A stretch of DNA of 64,000 bases, taken from the human T2T-CHM13v2.0 reference genome, Homo sapiens. Shown here in pieces: positions 14,740-28,595 of this stretch. The translations under genes were made by a program, and so were the position numbers. The stretch is from NCBI RefSeq assembly GCF_009914755.1, contig NC_060929.1; one strand, written 5' to 3'. The notes beneath the pieces are model-generated. The model saw only the letters and a program-made list of their open reading frames with translations, did not search any database and was not told the origin of the DNA. How positions within the stretch are numbered: position 1 is the stretch's first letter; each line of letters begins with the position of its first letter.

Positions 14740-15384
14740 GTTTATTTCTAGTAAAGAAAAACCCAGGAAAGGAGTTAAAAATTGCTACTGAAATTAAATG
14801 CATTTAAAAATTTGATATATTGCAAAAGATGCAATAAATATACAAAAAAGAGATAACAATTTAATTGACAAAATAATCTTGACTGTGTTAAAATATTCCT
14901 CTCCATAATGTTGTATGCCCATCTATACCATTTTACCAGATTCCAGAAAACAGTCAATATAGAACCATATAAAGGAGAAAATCATTCTATCTCACTGTTT
15001 TATGATTCAGGTCCAGTTAGTCAAGGGATATAAAAAGAAAATAAAATAACATTTGAAAACATATTTTGGCTTTAATTATAGTAAAAAGCTTTTTACATAG
15101 ATTTAGAGTACGTATTAGGCATTTTATGCAGTTTCTTCCATTATCAAATCCCAAGACAATGATTCTCCACAAGATAGGGTAGACAAGGGTCTTACTCGTC
15201 TTTTTAGCCTGAACAGAACTTGACACATAACAAGCAATAAGTAAACATTTTCTAAGAAATATTTGTTGATTATCATGGAGTTTTGTCCAGTCCTATATGT
15301 ATTTTATATCTACAAGGAAAATTATGATTTTTCCACACTTAACATTGTGCAAAAATTTTCATACCTAACTCAGCTCAGGTAGTC

Positions 15385-15530
15385 TGTAGCTGTGTGATAT
15401 TATAAAAACAGCTAAACTGGAAGCTGGCAAACTGGAGTTTTGGTCACTATTAATCAATTACCTTTAATAAGTCATCACTTTACCTCTCCTAGAGTCACTT
15501 CTCTCACTTATCAAATAAGACTGAATGAGA
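15385..15530 (+). mobile_element. MIR fragment
   Basis: 'aagtcatcactttacctctcc...ttctctcacttatcaaataag' resembles the MIR core. Confidence 0.45.
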
Positions 15531-17456
15531 GATAATCTTTCAGCTCACACCTTCTGCATGGGAGATTAGCTCCTAACAACCCCAGAAGAAATTAAGCTGT
15601 TTCACAGTGAAACACTGTCAAAAGTGACAGTTTGTTATAGGTGTTATTATTAGTACCTCAAGTAATTTTTAAGTACCTTTTAAATTAAATAAGATTCTCA
15701 AGATTCTCATAGTAACAAAACAATATACATGACTTTGTTTCTATGGAAAAAATCTGTGTTCAAAATTATAACCTAAAATAGATAAACACATTTTATTCTT
15801 TTAAAATTGTATATATTCCCATGTGCTTTTTGTTAGCAAAATTTATAGCCCAAGAAGTCAAAAATCATAAAATTATTTCCTAAACATTAGTGACACAGTC
15901 AATTAAAATTTCATTTTACTTGCTGAACTCCAACTACCTAATAGATTTTCTTTTCTTAATTGAACAATTATTGGACATCATAAAGGTGTAACCCAGGCTA
16001 AATCTACAAACATAATATATAATTAGATAGTATTTCTACTATTTGATAGGAGAAAATGAACAAAAAATAATAACTGTACTTTTATGAGCTTTTAGTCTAA
16101 TTCTCCTAAGAAGAGATCTTCAGTCTTGACTTAAGAATATTGATAATCAATAAGTAAAACGTGCATCTCTTTCTAGACTTTTATTCTTAAGGTCTTTTCT
16201 AGATTTAACATTTTATGATAAAGTGTATATTTTTAGAAAGTACACTCCTTTGAATTTATTAACATATGCATTTCAAACTAGAAACTAATCTCTAGTCAAA
16301 GTCTAACAGTTTACTTTAAAATAAAGTTTTCAAAATAAAAATGTGTGACTACTATGAGTTTTATGAATACATATATCTACTTATTCAAATGATATTGAAA
16401 ACCTATATAGGCTAGGTTTTTATGTGGTCCAAATCAGAAAAATGCATTTTGCCTCAGTTGAAAATGCTTCACAACTTATTGCTAAAAAGATATATGCAAA
16501 CCTTGGTTACATGTTGATTTAGGGTACAGAAAAAAAAGCTGAGATAGGCTAAGCTGATTTTAAACTTAAAGTAAACAAACAAAAAAATTTATTTCTGAGG
16601 ATGCATAAACTATTACTAGGATCGGAGATACCTGCGATTGCAAATAAAATAACGTAAGAGATAAAGCAAATTCTCTGTAAATGGACTGCTACAAAATTTA
16701 TAAGACTGTCTTTGGGGTGTTGGGAGGAACTGGAAATTCTATTAGAACTTGAATTTCATAGAAGTTTGCAAGAATCATCAAGAATCTAAGAACAACTTGT
16801 CAGATGATAGTGGTGAGCAAGTGATTAATAAAGAATGCAGTTTATAAGGGACAGGCTTTAAGAAGACAGAATAATAAAGAAACTAAGACTCCAAGCATCC
16901 TAGAAAACCCTGCTGGGCCACAGAAATGGCAGTGAGGAGGCTTTCAGTATATGGCTGTTATTTTCAATGGTTTTGGAATGGCAGCCTTCATGCACTACAA
17001 CTTCCATTTCTGATATCAATGCTCATATTGATATCAGAAGGTTAATAACTAACAAAGTTCATGACTGCCAAAGAATCCTCATGGTTGGACTATACTCCTC
17101 TCCTTCATTTTCACCAAGTATGCTTTTTCAAATTAAACCATCTGAGGAAATTTTTTTGGCAAACACTAAAGCTTCTGTTCTCCTTTCAGACCACATAGGC
17201 ATCACGGTTGTTTATTCACACTGGGATTCTGTTACAGTGTTTGCCAGATCACCAATCCCTCCTAAAATCGAGGAGCCCACTTTAGTTGAAATAAAACTGT
17301 TTCTACCATAGTACAAAATAATTGTCTTCATTTTTCTTTCTCTTCATTACAATTTTGTTTAGATGAAATGTGAGTCTTAGATTTGCATGGATGTTGAGAT
17401 TAATTGACAGTATCTCACAAACATGAACTTATTATTTACTAATATTATTGAAATAA

Positions 17457-17775
<319 letters not shown>

Positions 17776-17925
17776 TCTGTTTGCTTTTAAATCATGTTTT
17801 AAGAATATTCAAGGATGGAGATGAGTAATGTGAAAATGAGGATGTGATCAGCTTAAGGCCTTTCAGAAGATATTTTTAGTTTATTTTTACATTTTTTTAG
17901 TTAAGATTGTATGTGCTCACAGTTA

Positions 17926-18183
17926 GTAAGTTTTCAACCTGAAGGAAATTCACCTTTTATTTAGTTCACCATTTTCTTTTCACCATTCATCATTTTTCTT
18001 TTGCATTATCTATAAAAGTTGAAAGCGTGCGCTGTCTTCCCCGTGTTGAATAGAGATTGATGGTGCGATGTCAGGTAAGGGGTTGAAGAAGACAGCTGTG
18101 AATATCAGCAGGGATGCTGCTCAGTGGCAGAGGGAAAAAACAATACTGTGACATCTAAAAATGCTGAAAAAATGTTCAGGTCT
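17926..18183 (+). repeat. Local duplication, copy 1 (~258 bp of unique sequence)
   Basis: Aligns along its length to 19297-19553: gtaagtttt...gaaggaaattcaccttttatttagttc...tgttcaggtct. Confidence 0.95.
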
Positions 18184-19099
18184 TAAGAAATTTATTTTTA
18201 AAAATAGGTTGGCAGGTTGCCACATACATCATATTAAACCAAACTTAATTTTATTGGCTTCTTGTTTAGTATTTAGTTGCATCTGTTTTGGGGAGCAAGC
18301 GATGGCAGGTATACTGAAAGGCTATTAAAGTAAAGAGAGAAGATCTCATTCCCCAGAAAAATGCACGGGCAGGTAAGGCAATCAATTTCCACATGCCCAG
18401 GGTTTTCAATTCAGCCCTTTCACAACATTTCATTGTCACTACTTCCAGCCTCTACGAGAGCATTTACTTCGCATATTTTTATGCCTGTTGGTATGTCTTC
18501 AGGGAAACGTTTATTTATACTCAGAAAAGGTTTATGTTTTTTGTAAAAGGCAAGAGAATATTACTGAAGCTAAAGCATAATAGATAAGGTTATCTATTGC
18601 TGAAGTTGGCTGATCCTGGGGATTACTATGAATGACAAAGATCATGATCCAACAGGGTCTGTAGCTTATCTATGTCAGATAAATATAACTGAAATGCTAC
18701 TATAAGGTAGAATTTTGCTCCAAAGCAGAAATTCAATACCAAAGGACTCAAAGTGTCAGAATTAGATGGTAGATGAAAGAAGAAAAAAAAGATAACCCCA
18801 AGCTCAATTCACATTAATCAATATATCATTAGTTCCTCTTAACCAAGCTGTCACCATGTTAGAAATCTCTTTCACAAAAAGTCTCCTCCTTTCTAAAACT
18901 TCAATATATCTCTTGGAATGTGCTCATAAATAAAGTATAAAAGGTACACAATTTTTCTTTGTGACTAAAGGAAAGCAAAGAGTTTGTCTTTTTCAAGCTG
19001 CACTGGGAGGCTTACCGTGAAAGTAAAGTAGCAAATTAGCAGCATGCTAGGACCCCTCCTAATATCCTTATAAGATATTCATGAATATCTCATAAGATA

Positions 19100-19180
19100 T
19101 GAAATATATATATGTTTGAATTCATGAACATATATTTTTACAGTATATGCATGTGTGTATATACACACATATACACACAC

Positions 19181-19238
<58 letters not shown>
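19100..19238. repeat. Compound (TA)n/(CA)n microsatellite
   Basis: TA runs followed by about 20 CA units ending near 19238. Confidence 0.95.
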
Positions 19239-19240
<2 letters not shown>

Positions 19241-19296
19241 GAAAACCCCTAGAAACAAAAGCAAAAACAAGAGTCAATAATTTGCCAAGGTCCTAG

Positions 19297-19553
19297 GTAA
19301 GTTTTCCACCTGAAGGAAATTCACCTTTTATTTAGTTCGCCATTTTCTTTTCACCATTCATCATTTTTCTGTTGCATTATCTAGAAAAGTTGAATGTGTG
19401 CCCTATTTTCCCCATTTCAATAGAGATTGATTGTGCAATGTCAGGTAAGGAGTTGAAGAAGACAGCTTTGAATATCAGCAGGGATGCGACTCAGTGGCAG
19501 AGGAAAAAAACAATACTGTGACATCTAAAAATGCTGAAAAATTGTTCAGGTCT
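19297..19553 (+). repeat. Local duplication, copy 2
   Basis: Direct repeat of 17926-18183 with scattered substitutions (roughly 90% identical by eye). Confidence 0.95.
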
Positions 19554-19602
19554 CAGGTGAGTAAGATGATACTTTAAATCAAGGGGGAAAGTTTTAAAAG
19601 CA

Positions 19603-19975
19603 CAGTTATGTATCACTTAATAACAACGATAAATTTTAAGAAATGCATTTTTAGGTGATTTTGTCACTGAATAAACATCTAGAGTGTATTTACACAAACT
19701 CAGATGGGATAACATAGTACACATCTAGGCTATACAGTATAGTCTTTTACTCCTAGTCTACAAGCCTGTACAGCATGTTCTTGTATTGAATACTGTAGGC
19801 AATTGTGGCACAGTTATAAATATTTGTGTATCTCAACATATCTAAACATAGAAAAGGTAAATATACAGTATTATGATTATAATATATTATAAAGATTATG
19901 GTATTATAATCTTATGGGACCACTGTGATCTATATGGTCTGTCCTTGATTGAAATGTCATCTGGAGTGATGACTG
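19603..19975. mobile_element. Tigger3a/MER7-type TcMar DNA transposon
   Basis: Ends cagttatgtatcacttaa... and ...gatgactg|ta; internal 'ctacaagcctgtacagcatg' and 'aatcttatgggaccac' motifs. Confidence 0.85.
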
Positions 19976-20309
19976 TACATTTTTTCATCTAACCCATTCT
20001 GGAGGGCACTAACCAAACACGTTCCCCATACCACGCTAAAGGAAGAAAATACATCCCCTACAGTCCTAAATTCTACATCTGATACAATACATCCACTGAC
20101 CAATAAAAAGTGCAGCTATTCCTCAAATCCATGTAATTGTCTTCCAAATCAGCCAGATTCTGAGCCATTCCACCTAACCCTTATTTCCATTAACCCTTCT
20201 CTTCCTAGAGCAATTTAAAACAGAATTTGGAGATTATAAGGGTATAAGACCATGGGGTTCTAAATTCATAAATAAAAACTAACTACTGAGTATTCCGCTT
20301 ATTTAGACC

Positions 20310-20763
20310 ACTGCTTCTCAAATTATCTTTCATGAAGGACTAGTTTATTTATTTTCCTAAATTTCCCATCTGTTACACATGAAACTGGCAAAAAAAAAAA
20401 AAAAGAAATGAATCACTCGAAAAATTAAACTAAAATTAATCATACAAAATAATATATTTATTTATTTTTAACAGAGAGAGGGTCTCACTATGTTGCCCAG
20501 GCTAGTTTAGAACTCTTGGGCTCAAGTAATCCTTCTGCCTCAGCCTCCCAAAGTGCTGGGATTGCAGACATGAGACACTGCATCCAACCCAAAATAATAT
20601 TTTTAAACTATTAGATTCGACAGACAAAAAAATTACCGTCTGTGATTTTTTTTTTTAAGTTTCAGAATGTTCACTTTCAATTTCTTTAGTTATCTCTTTG
20701 TGGGCCCATAGCAAACATTTTGCACACTGGTACCAGCTGTGAGCAACCTTTTGAATATTACTG
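20310..20763. mobile_element. hAT-Charlie-type MER element, interrupted by FLAM
   Basis: Charlie-like ends 'cactgcttctcaaattatct...gaaggactag' and 'ttttgaatattactg'; family not resolved. Confidence 0.5.
20455..20590 (-). mobile_element. FLAM_C (free left Alu monomer)
   Basis: Single antisense arm 'gggtctcactatgttgcccaggct...gggctcaagtaatcc...'; flanked by repeated caaaataatat. Confidence 0.9.
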
Positions 20764-21701
20764 ACTTAGATAACTCAGCATGCAGCATAGAAGAGCCTGT
20801 ATCAGCTCAGTTTTTTAAAATGAAATTAATTCTTGCCAGGCTCTTCAGGCAGAATTTAGCACACCTTCCTTTCCTTCAGGTTTAGATCTGAGAGTCTATA
20901 GCTGCTAGCAGCCAAGTGGAAACAAGCTAGAAACACTCCAGCCAGCCAGCCTGCTGGGAAGCATTGAAATTGGATAGTACTCCTGTGGAGCCTTTAAGAA
21001 ATATTAGAAAAAAAAAAAAAAGACATTACTCCAAATCTGTGAGGAAGTTCATATCTCTACAGATAATTAACAAGAAACATGATTTCAGAAGTCCACCAAA
21101 AAGGAAGAAGGTAACACAGGCAATTTTTAAACCAAGAACAAACAGACACACAAAAAAGAACATGATGAGCTAAAACCAAAAATGCAACAATTTGACTTAA
21201 TAGAAAAAATAATGAAATCTTTAGCAGATTTAAAATCCATTAAAGTCGCTAAAAAGAATGAACATTGAAAAAAAATTGTATCAGTTGTGTTGAGGATAAA
21301 CATGAATGCTATTCTAGAGGAAATAAGAGAGATGGAAATGCAGGAGGATGAAAAATACATGAGATAAGAAATACAGATTCAGTCTAGATTCCAGTCTAGA
21401 TTTTCCTGAGTAAACAACAAAAACAGAAGATTATAGATCCAAAGAGCTCAGTAAGTTTCAAGAATTTTGAAAGCAGTTTCTCAATAAATATTGGATTAAT
21501 GATTAGCAACAGAAAGACAATTCTACTAGCAACTTAGTTTAATCACATTCAAGTAGCTGTTTAGCTATTCTTTAGAAACTGTTCATACTGAATTCAAATA
21601 AAAGCAAATGATTTAAGTACATTCCAGTATTTGATGCACTTTCTGTTCCTCACCACGAATTAGGAAGGGGTGAGGAGATGGTCAAAAGCAAATAAATATG
21701 T

Positions 21702-22726
<1,025 letters not shown>

Positions 22727-25700
22727 GCAAATAAATATGTAAATGCACACAGATGACACAGCAGTGACCCTCACGTGATATCATGATGCAAAATATCCAG
22801 TGAGCTGTGCCGTCTTGGTTTGCTTCACCTTTTTGTTACCTTCAGTGGTTATAGCTAGTATATGAGTCACTGCTAAGAAGACTCCAGAATGCTTTCAAGG
22901 AGATGCTTAAGGCCAGCAATGTGGGCATTTGTAGATTAGCTTGTGGGAACTTGAGGAGGAAAGACAGGATTTTTTTTTTTTTTTTTTTTTTTTGGAAAGG
23001 CCTTCTTTACCTTCCCAAGAGCTGTCATTTAGCACTGCCACGTTAGGAAGAGCAGAGAGACACCTCCTAACATATCTCCATCTACCCACATAAGCCACTC
23101 TTCTTGTTTCCATACTTGGGCCCTATCTTTCCCCCAACTTTTATATGCTTTTTACTTTTTACTACACATTATTTATCTGAAGACTCTTCCATTGAGTTAT
23201 ACCTTAAAATATGTATCTTCCTCATGGGACTCACTCAATATGGAATAATCTTCTACATATTTTCATAAAAAGCACACATCATTAAGCAACGAAACAAAAA
23301 ACCCAGTGCATGCTTATAGGAGGCCATTACATAGTTTTATTTTGTTTTGGGATTTTATTTTGGTGTGAGTGAAAGAAGTGTGTGCATGTGTGTGGGGGTG
23401 TGGTTAATGTTGAATTTCCCATAGAATGTGGAGCTGCTCTCTTGGGACCATAACATGTATATCTGAGAAAGCCCAAAAAGAGGGCAAACCTATGGCTTAA
23501 TATTAATTTTTCCTGCATAAAGGTAATTGAACCATTTCTTGTATTAGTACTGTTTTTGAGCCCCATAGGCCTTGAATTATGAGTATATTAAGAGAGAGAG
23601 AGAGAAGATAATGGATGATCTAGTAAAAAGAAGAAAATATGTAAGAAAAAACATTATTAAAGGCACAAAATTAGGATGCAATCAGGAAAAACATATAGCT
23701 CACTTGGATTATATTTGTATTACTGACAAAACACACAATACAAAAACATAAGTGCATACCGTACAGGCCATATTGAATATCAGAACAAGTAGTTAGACAT
23801 AGAGCCAACAAATATTTCCTGGCAAAAGTATCACTGGACCAATGTGAATTTAACTGAAGCAACTTCTAGAAATATATTAGCCTTTGTATAGTCAAAAATT
23901 ACTACTTGTTTTAAGAAAAAGTAAAATAAGCAAAAGGATTTTTTAAAGTGAGAGTAAATAATGATGAAATGCTATTCCTTAAAGAGAAAAGAGTCTTAGC
24001 TGGTCACTATAACAGTTACGCGTAAGGTAGGGAAAAGTTTTGGTAGAATCTAATATCATCCTTTCAATAAATGGCCTACAAATGAGATCTGTGAGGAATA
24101 GTCTAAATAAATTTATCTCTGTAGTTCTCAAATGCTAAATAAGACTAAAAGGTAGAACTAAAGAAATGAACATATATGGATTTACAAAAGTCTAGATGAG
24201 AAATAATGAAAGCTAGATCAAACCAACATTTTGCAAAAATTGGATATTTTAAAGGACATTAAACAAACAAAAATGGCAAGATTAATAGCAGCAGAAAAAT
24301 GGTAGGTTAAAATAAATCAATATAAAGAGGAGCTAAAATTGATCCAATAGTGATCCCATGCAAATGGAAGAATTTGTCCCCTTGACAAGCAGTGCTGGGA
24401 GAAGACAAAACGTTTATAGAACACATGAAACTGGAGGTTTTTTGTGCTGGTAATTGAATTGTAATTAATTGAACCATGTTAGGATATAGGCAAGAGAAGA
24501 CAGTAGATGCATAATGTCACTTGTACCTAGAGGAAAAAAATTAACATTATCAGAAGAAAATTATTTACACAATATAAAATTATTTATAAAATTAGACTTC
24601 ATAATGCACTAATTGAAAAGTTTAAAGGCATTCATGCTCTGAGTCAAAACTGGCTTTAGATACGTTTTGAATCTAATAGTACTAAAGTTCTTTTGGTCCG
24701 TCTAACCAAAAGTACTTAATTGTATTATATAAGGAATACTTTTCTTCTAAAGAGTACATTATATCCAAACAGTCATTTTATACACTGCCTTAAAAAGAGA
24801 CAACTTGATCCACAGGGATGAGCAAAACAGATTCCAAAGGGAAGAATCTACATAAACAGCACTAAGTTCCTTAACTATTAAATTGAATAACAGAAAAAAG
24901 TGGCTAAGTATACTAGCAGTCCAACTATTTTATATTAAAGTTAACTTTTGTTGCCATTGCCACTGCCACCCTTAAGCATTTTAAATACAACGAAGCCCAA
25001 TGAATTAATCTGTCCAAATAATTGGTAGCAAAATATTTGACCAATAAAATTGAGTAAGACCATTTGTTTGTGATTAAGTCAACAATTTTTTGACAATTAT
25101 CAAGTATCAATCTAAATAATCATGTTTTGTTAAGGTTTATTCATTGAACAAGAAAATCAATTAAGTATTATATTGAGAAAAATATGAAAATAAACTATTT
25201 GTGTCTTTAGGTTAAAACAAAAAATCAAATGTCAGGCATATATAAAATTTAGAAAAGGAGATGAAGGAAAGCAAACATTAAAATGTCAGGAATTTAATAT
25301 AACCTATTCTAAAATTTAAGAGGACCTGAAAGATAATAAGATAAATGAAGAATAAAGACCTTGAGGGGAAGACTATTAAAGATCATGAATTCAAATAAAG
25401 AAAGAGGAGGCTTTAAAGGATAATCGTAATTAAATAGCTGTCTTTTTGTTACTATCTCTCCTCAACTCCAACCTTTAATTCACACTCTATGAGAAAATTA
25501 AATGACTCCATGATCAAGCCAGTAGTTAAGACTATATCTTTAGTAGAAAGTGGACTTCAATGGCTGAAAATAATTCAGAGTGAAATACAGCTGCAGCAAT
25601 CAAGCAATTTTTAAAAGTAGTGTTATCAGTAGAAGCATTATGTAACTTGTTAAGGAGCACAGTGAAAGAAAGCTTAGTTTATAAAACAGCAGAAGAAAAC

Positions 25701-28359
25701 GATATCAAAAGAGGCGAAAAGTAAATATAATAAGCAGCAAAGATCCACATTTGTATGGGTAAGGGTAAAGAAGTAAAAGTGAAAGATACAGTCTCAAATA
25801 CATTCTAAAAATTTAAAGTACTTACAATTTTACAAGCATTTTCACATCAAGGCCTAGAGTAAGTTTTATAAACCAAAAAGTCAAACTAAAAGGGTATTAT
25901 ACTGGAAATAACAACCTAGTGGATGGTAGAACAAATATCATGTATCCAATCTTCCATAGTTTGTTATAGAAATATGAATGATAAGCCCTTGAAGAAAAGT
26001 CATATGCCCTCTTACTTTTTAAATAAATAGCTTTCATATTTCCCCATAGAAGATATATTTGAAAAAAGGCTAAAATATAACTAAATAAAATTTATAATAA
26101 AGTACATGAAATTATTTGGTGAAATTACACACTGCACAGTATAAATGGAAGAGTTCAAAACTATTTGTACTCTAAGCCACACTTCAAACAGTGGCTGTCA
26201 AATAGCCATTTAACTCAATACAAATATAGAAAATATAACTTATTTTCTAGTTAAGCATCAAATATTTAGTCCAATTGTAAAAATATATTTTCCTTATATA
26301 AATTAATGAACACTCCTTAGTTCTTTTCCAGACTCGAATGTCACAAAACTCTTCAGCAAAATATTAGATAAGCCAAAGACATTAAATTAGAGATTATTCA
26401 CATTGTAAACAAAGAAGCAACAGTAAAGTGAGCAGAAAACAGGACAATCAATGTTAATCAGAATTCATATAAGAATAAAAATGTCCAAATCACAGAAAAT
26501 TTTATAAATCTCTTTTTAACCTTGTATATTTTCAGTTTTATTTTCATGGGGCTACTGAATTCAGTATTTTAATAAAAAAAAATATCGGGGACTCATCTCC
26601 CTGGCAAAGAATTGTTTCTGGTGGTGACTTTGGATTTTCCTTCTATATAGCTCTGGGTAAGTGAATAGGGTGGTCATTTAATCCAGGGTCTAGGGCACAC
26701 AGCAGACAAACCAATGAGAGAGCAACACAGTCCAAAGATAAACCAACAAAATAGTGAGATTAGGTTTAAAAGATAAACGAGAGAAAGAATAAAAAGCTAA
26801 GATACAGGGGAATGATTCCAACATCACAATGGTGAATAGGTAACCAGCCCAGAAGCAGGTGCCTGGCTATTTTAATCTCCTTGAAGTCTGCACACCACTC
26901 CTTGTAGCTAGTTAACCATCAGTGATCATTTTAACAACCACTAATTCAGCCAGCCTGCTTCCCCAGTCAGATTTAACATTTAGTGGAATATAGATCTTTT
27001 TTATGAATAGCTTTTCTTTTACATGACAACAACAATTCATGAGCAGTCCTACATTCCTCACTTTCTAAGTAAGCTTAAACTTAACTTCAGTACTAGTCTG
27101 GAGTCATCACACCACTGTGTAATGCAGGACAAACTTGAGCTTCTCAACTGTGAGAAGGCACTGACATCCTCAAGGGATCAACTTAACCTCCCAAGGATTG
27201 AGTTCTAATAAATTCAAGCAATGGGAAGCTGAGCTGCAGTGCAGCTGAGAACCCAGACATATATCTGAAGATGCCAAGAAACATGGTAATTGCAGGGTAG
27301 AGTATTTCCTTTGTGAAAATCTCATTTGGATGGGATTCTTAATTCAGTCTTTCTATTAGCTATCTCAAAATGCCCAACGTTTCAAATCTATTACATCTTG
27401 AAAGTACCTCTAAAATCTTCACCCATTATCAAGCCAAAGCAATTTTCTAAGCTCTGACTCAGATAACTTTATTTCATGATTTTTAATAATTAGAGCATTT
27501 TTATGCCCAATAAAAGACATCTGAGCCTCAGTATTTTTCATCCACAAATCACAAACAATTTATTTTCTATGAAAGCTATTCTGAATCTCTATCTACTAAG
27601 GAAATCTTCCTTGCAATTGCACAAGTTTGGGAAACTACTTCCTATTTACTAGGGGTACACTTGGGATATTTTCTCTTCTAGATAATATTGGAAAATATGC
27701 TTTGAGGGCTATAATAAGCTAATTGGAAAAATAAAAGTTAATTCACTGCAAGAATCCCCTCTCTGTACCTGTAGCATTTAGTTCAGTAACTGCAACACAG
27801 AAACGGTGGAATGAGTGACATGGTATTATTATTAAAATAATTCCTTCTATTTATATGCCAGAAAATATTTTTTAAAAGTTTTAAGTATGTATAACGTTGC
27901 TGCATCTAAATATTAAAATATTATTCTCATGAAGCAAAGTTTATCATTTAATTCTAGCTATCAACATTATATAATAGAAAATTTTTCTTAAACAATATTA
28001 GAGTAGCTACAAACGTGACTTTTGTGCTGTTGTTCACAGGAATGGTGGAATGTTTTGAATGTATTAACTATGGCTTATATTTTTAATATATCATTTGTTG
28101 TGTATTTTTTAAACATAAAAAATATAACCTCAAAGCACTCAACAGAAATGTACAGAAAACTATAAAGGAAAGAAAACCCTTAGCAATTTCACCATTAGAG
28201 ATAAATTATGACTTATCAGTTTAATGTGTAATTTAAGGTTTTCATTCTACAATTATATTATGTGTACATTTAGCATATTCTTATTAGTGGAAAATAATAC
28301 CTTCGGCTTTTTTCCCCATCACTCAGTCTTCCACACTGATTCAAGGCAGGTAGAGAATT

Positions 28360-28595
28360 GGGAGGTAGTACAGCTGAATGGATAAAGCAAAGCACAAGCT
28401 TTGGTGTCACACAGACTGGGCTCACATTCTAGATATCCCACTTACTAGTGTGCTCTAAATACATTAATAAAACTCACTGTCCTCATCTTTAAAACAAAGA
28501 TGATAATGCTATCTTATAAAATAGCTATGAGGATTAAATGAGATAGTGTAGGTAAAAACACTACAAACCATGCCACACACAGTAAGTGTTGAAAA
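28360..28595 (+). mobile_element. MIRb SINE
   Basis: 'ctttggtgtcacacagactggg...cctcatctttaaaacaaagatgataat...gaggattaaatgagat...cacacagtaagtgtt'. Confidence 0.85.

Noticed and set aside
16967-17311. 114-aa ATG-initiated ORF
   Set aside because: No recognisable domain or splice context; this length is expected by chance in 64 kb.
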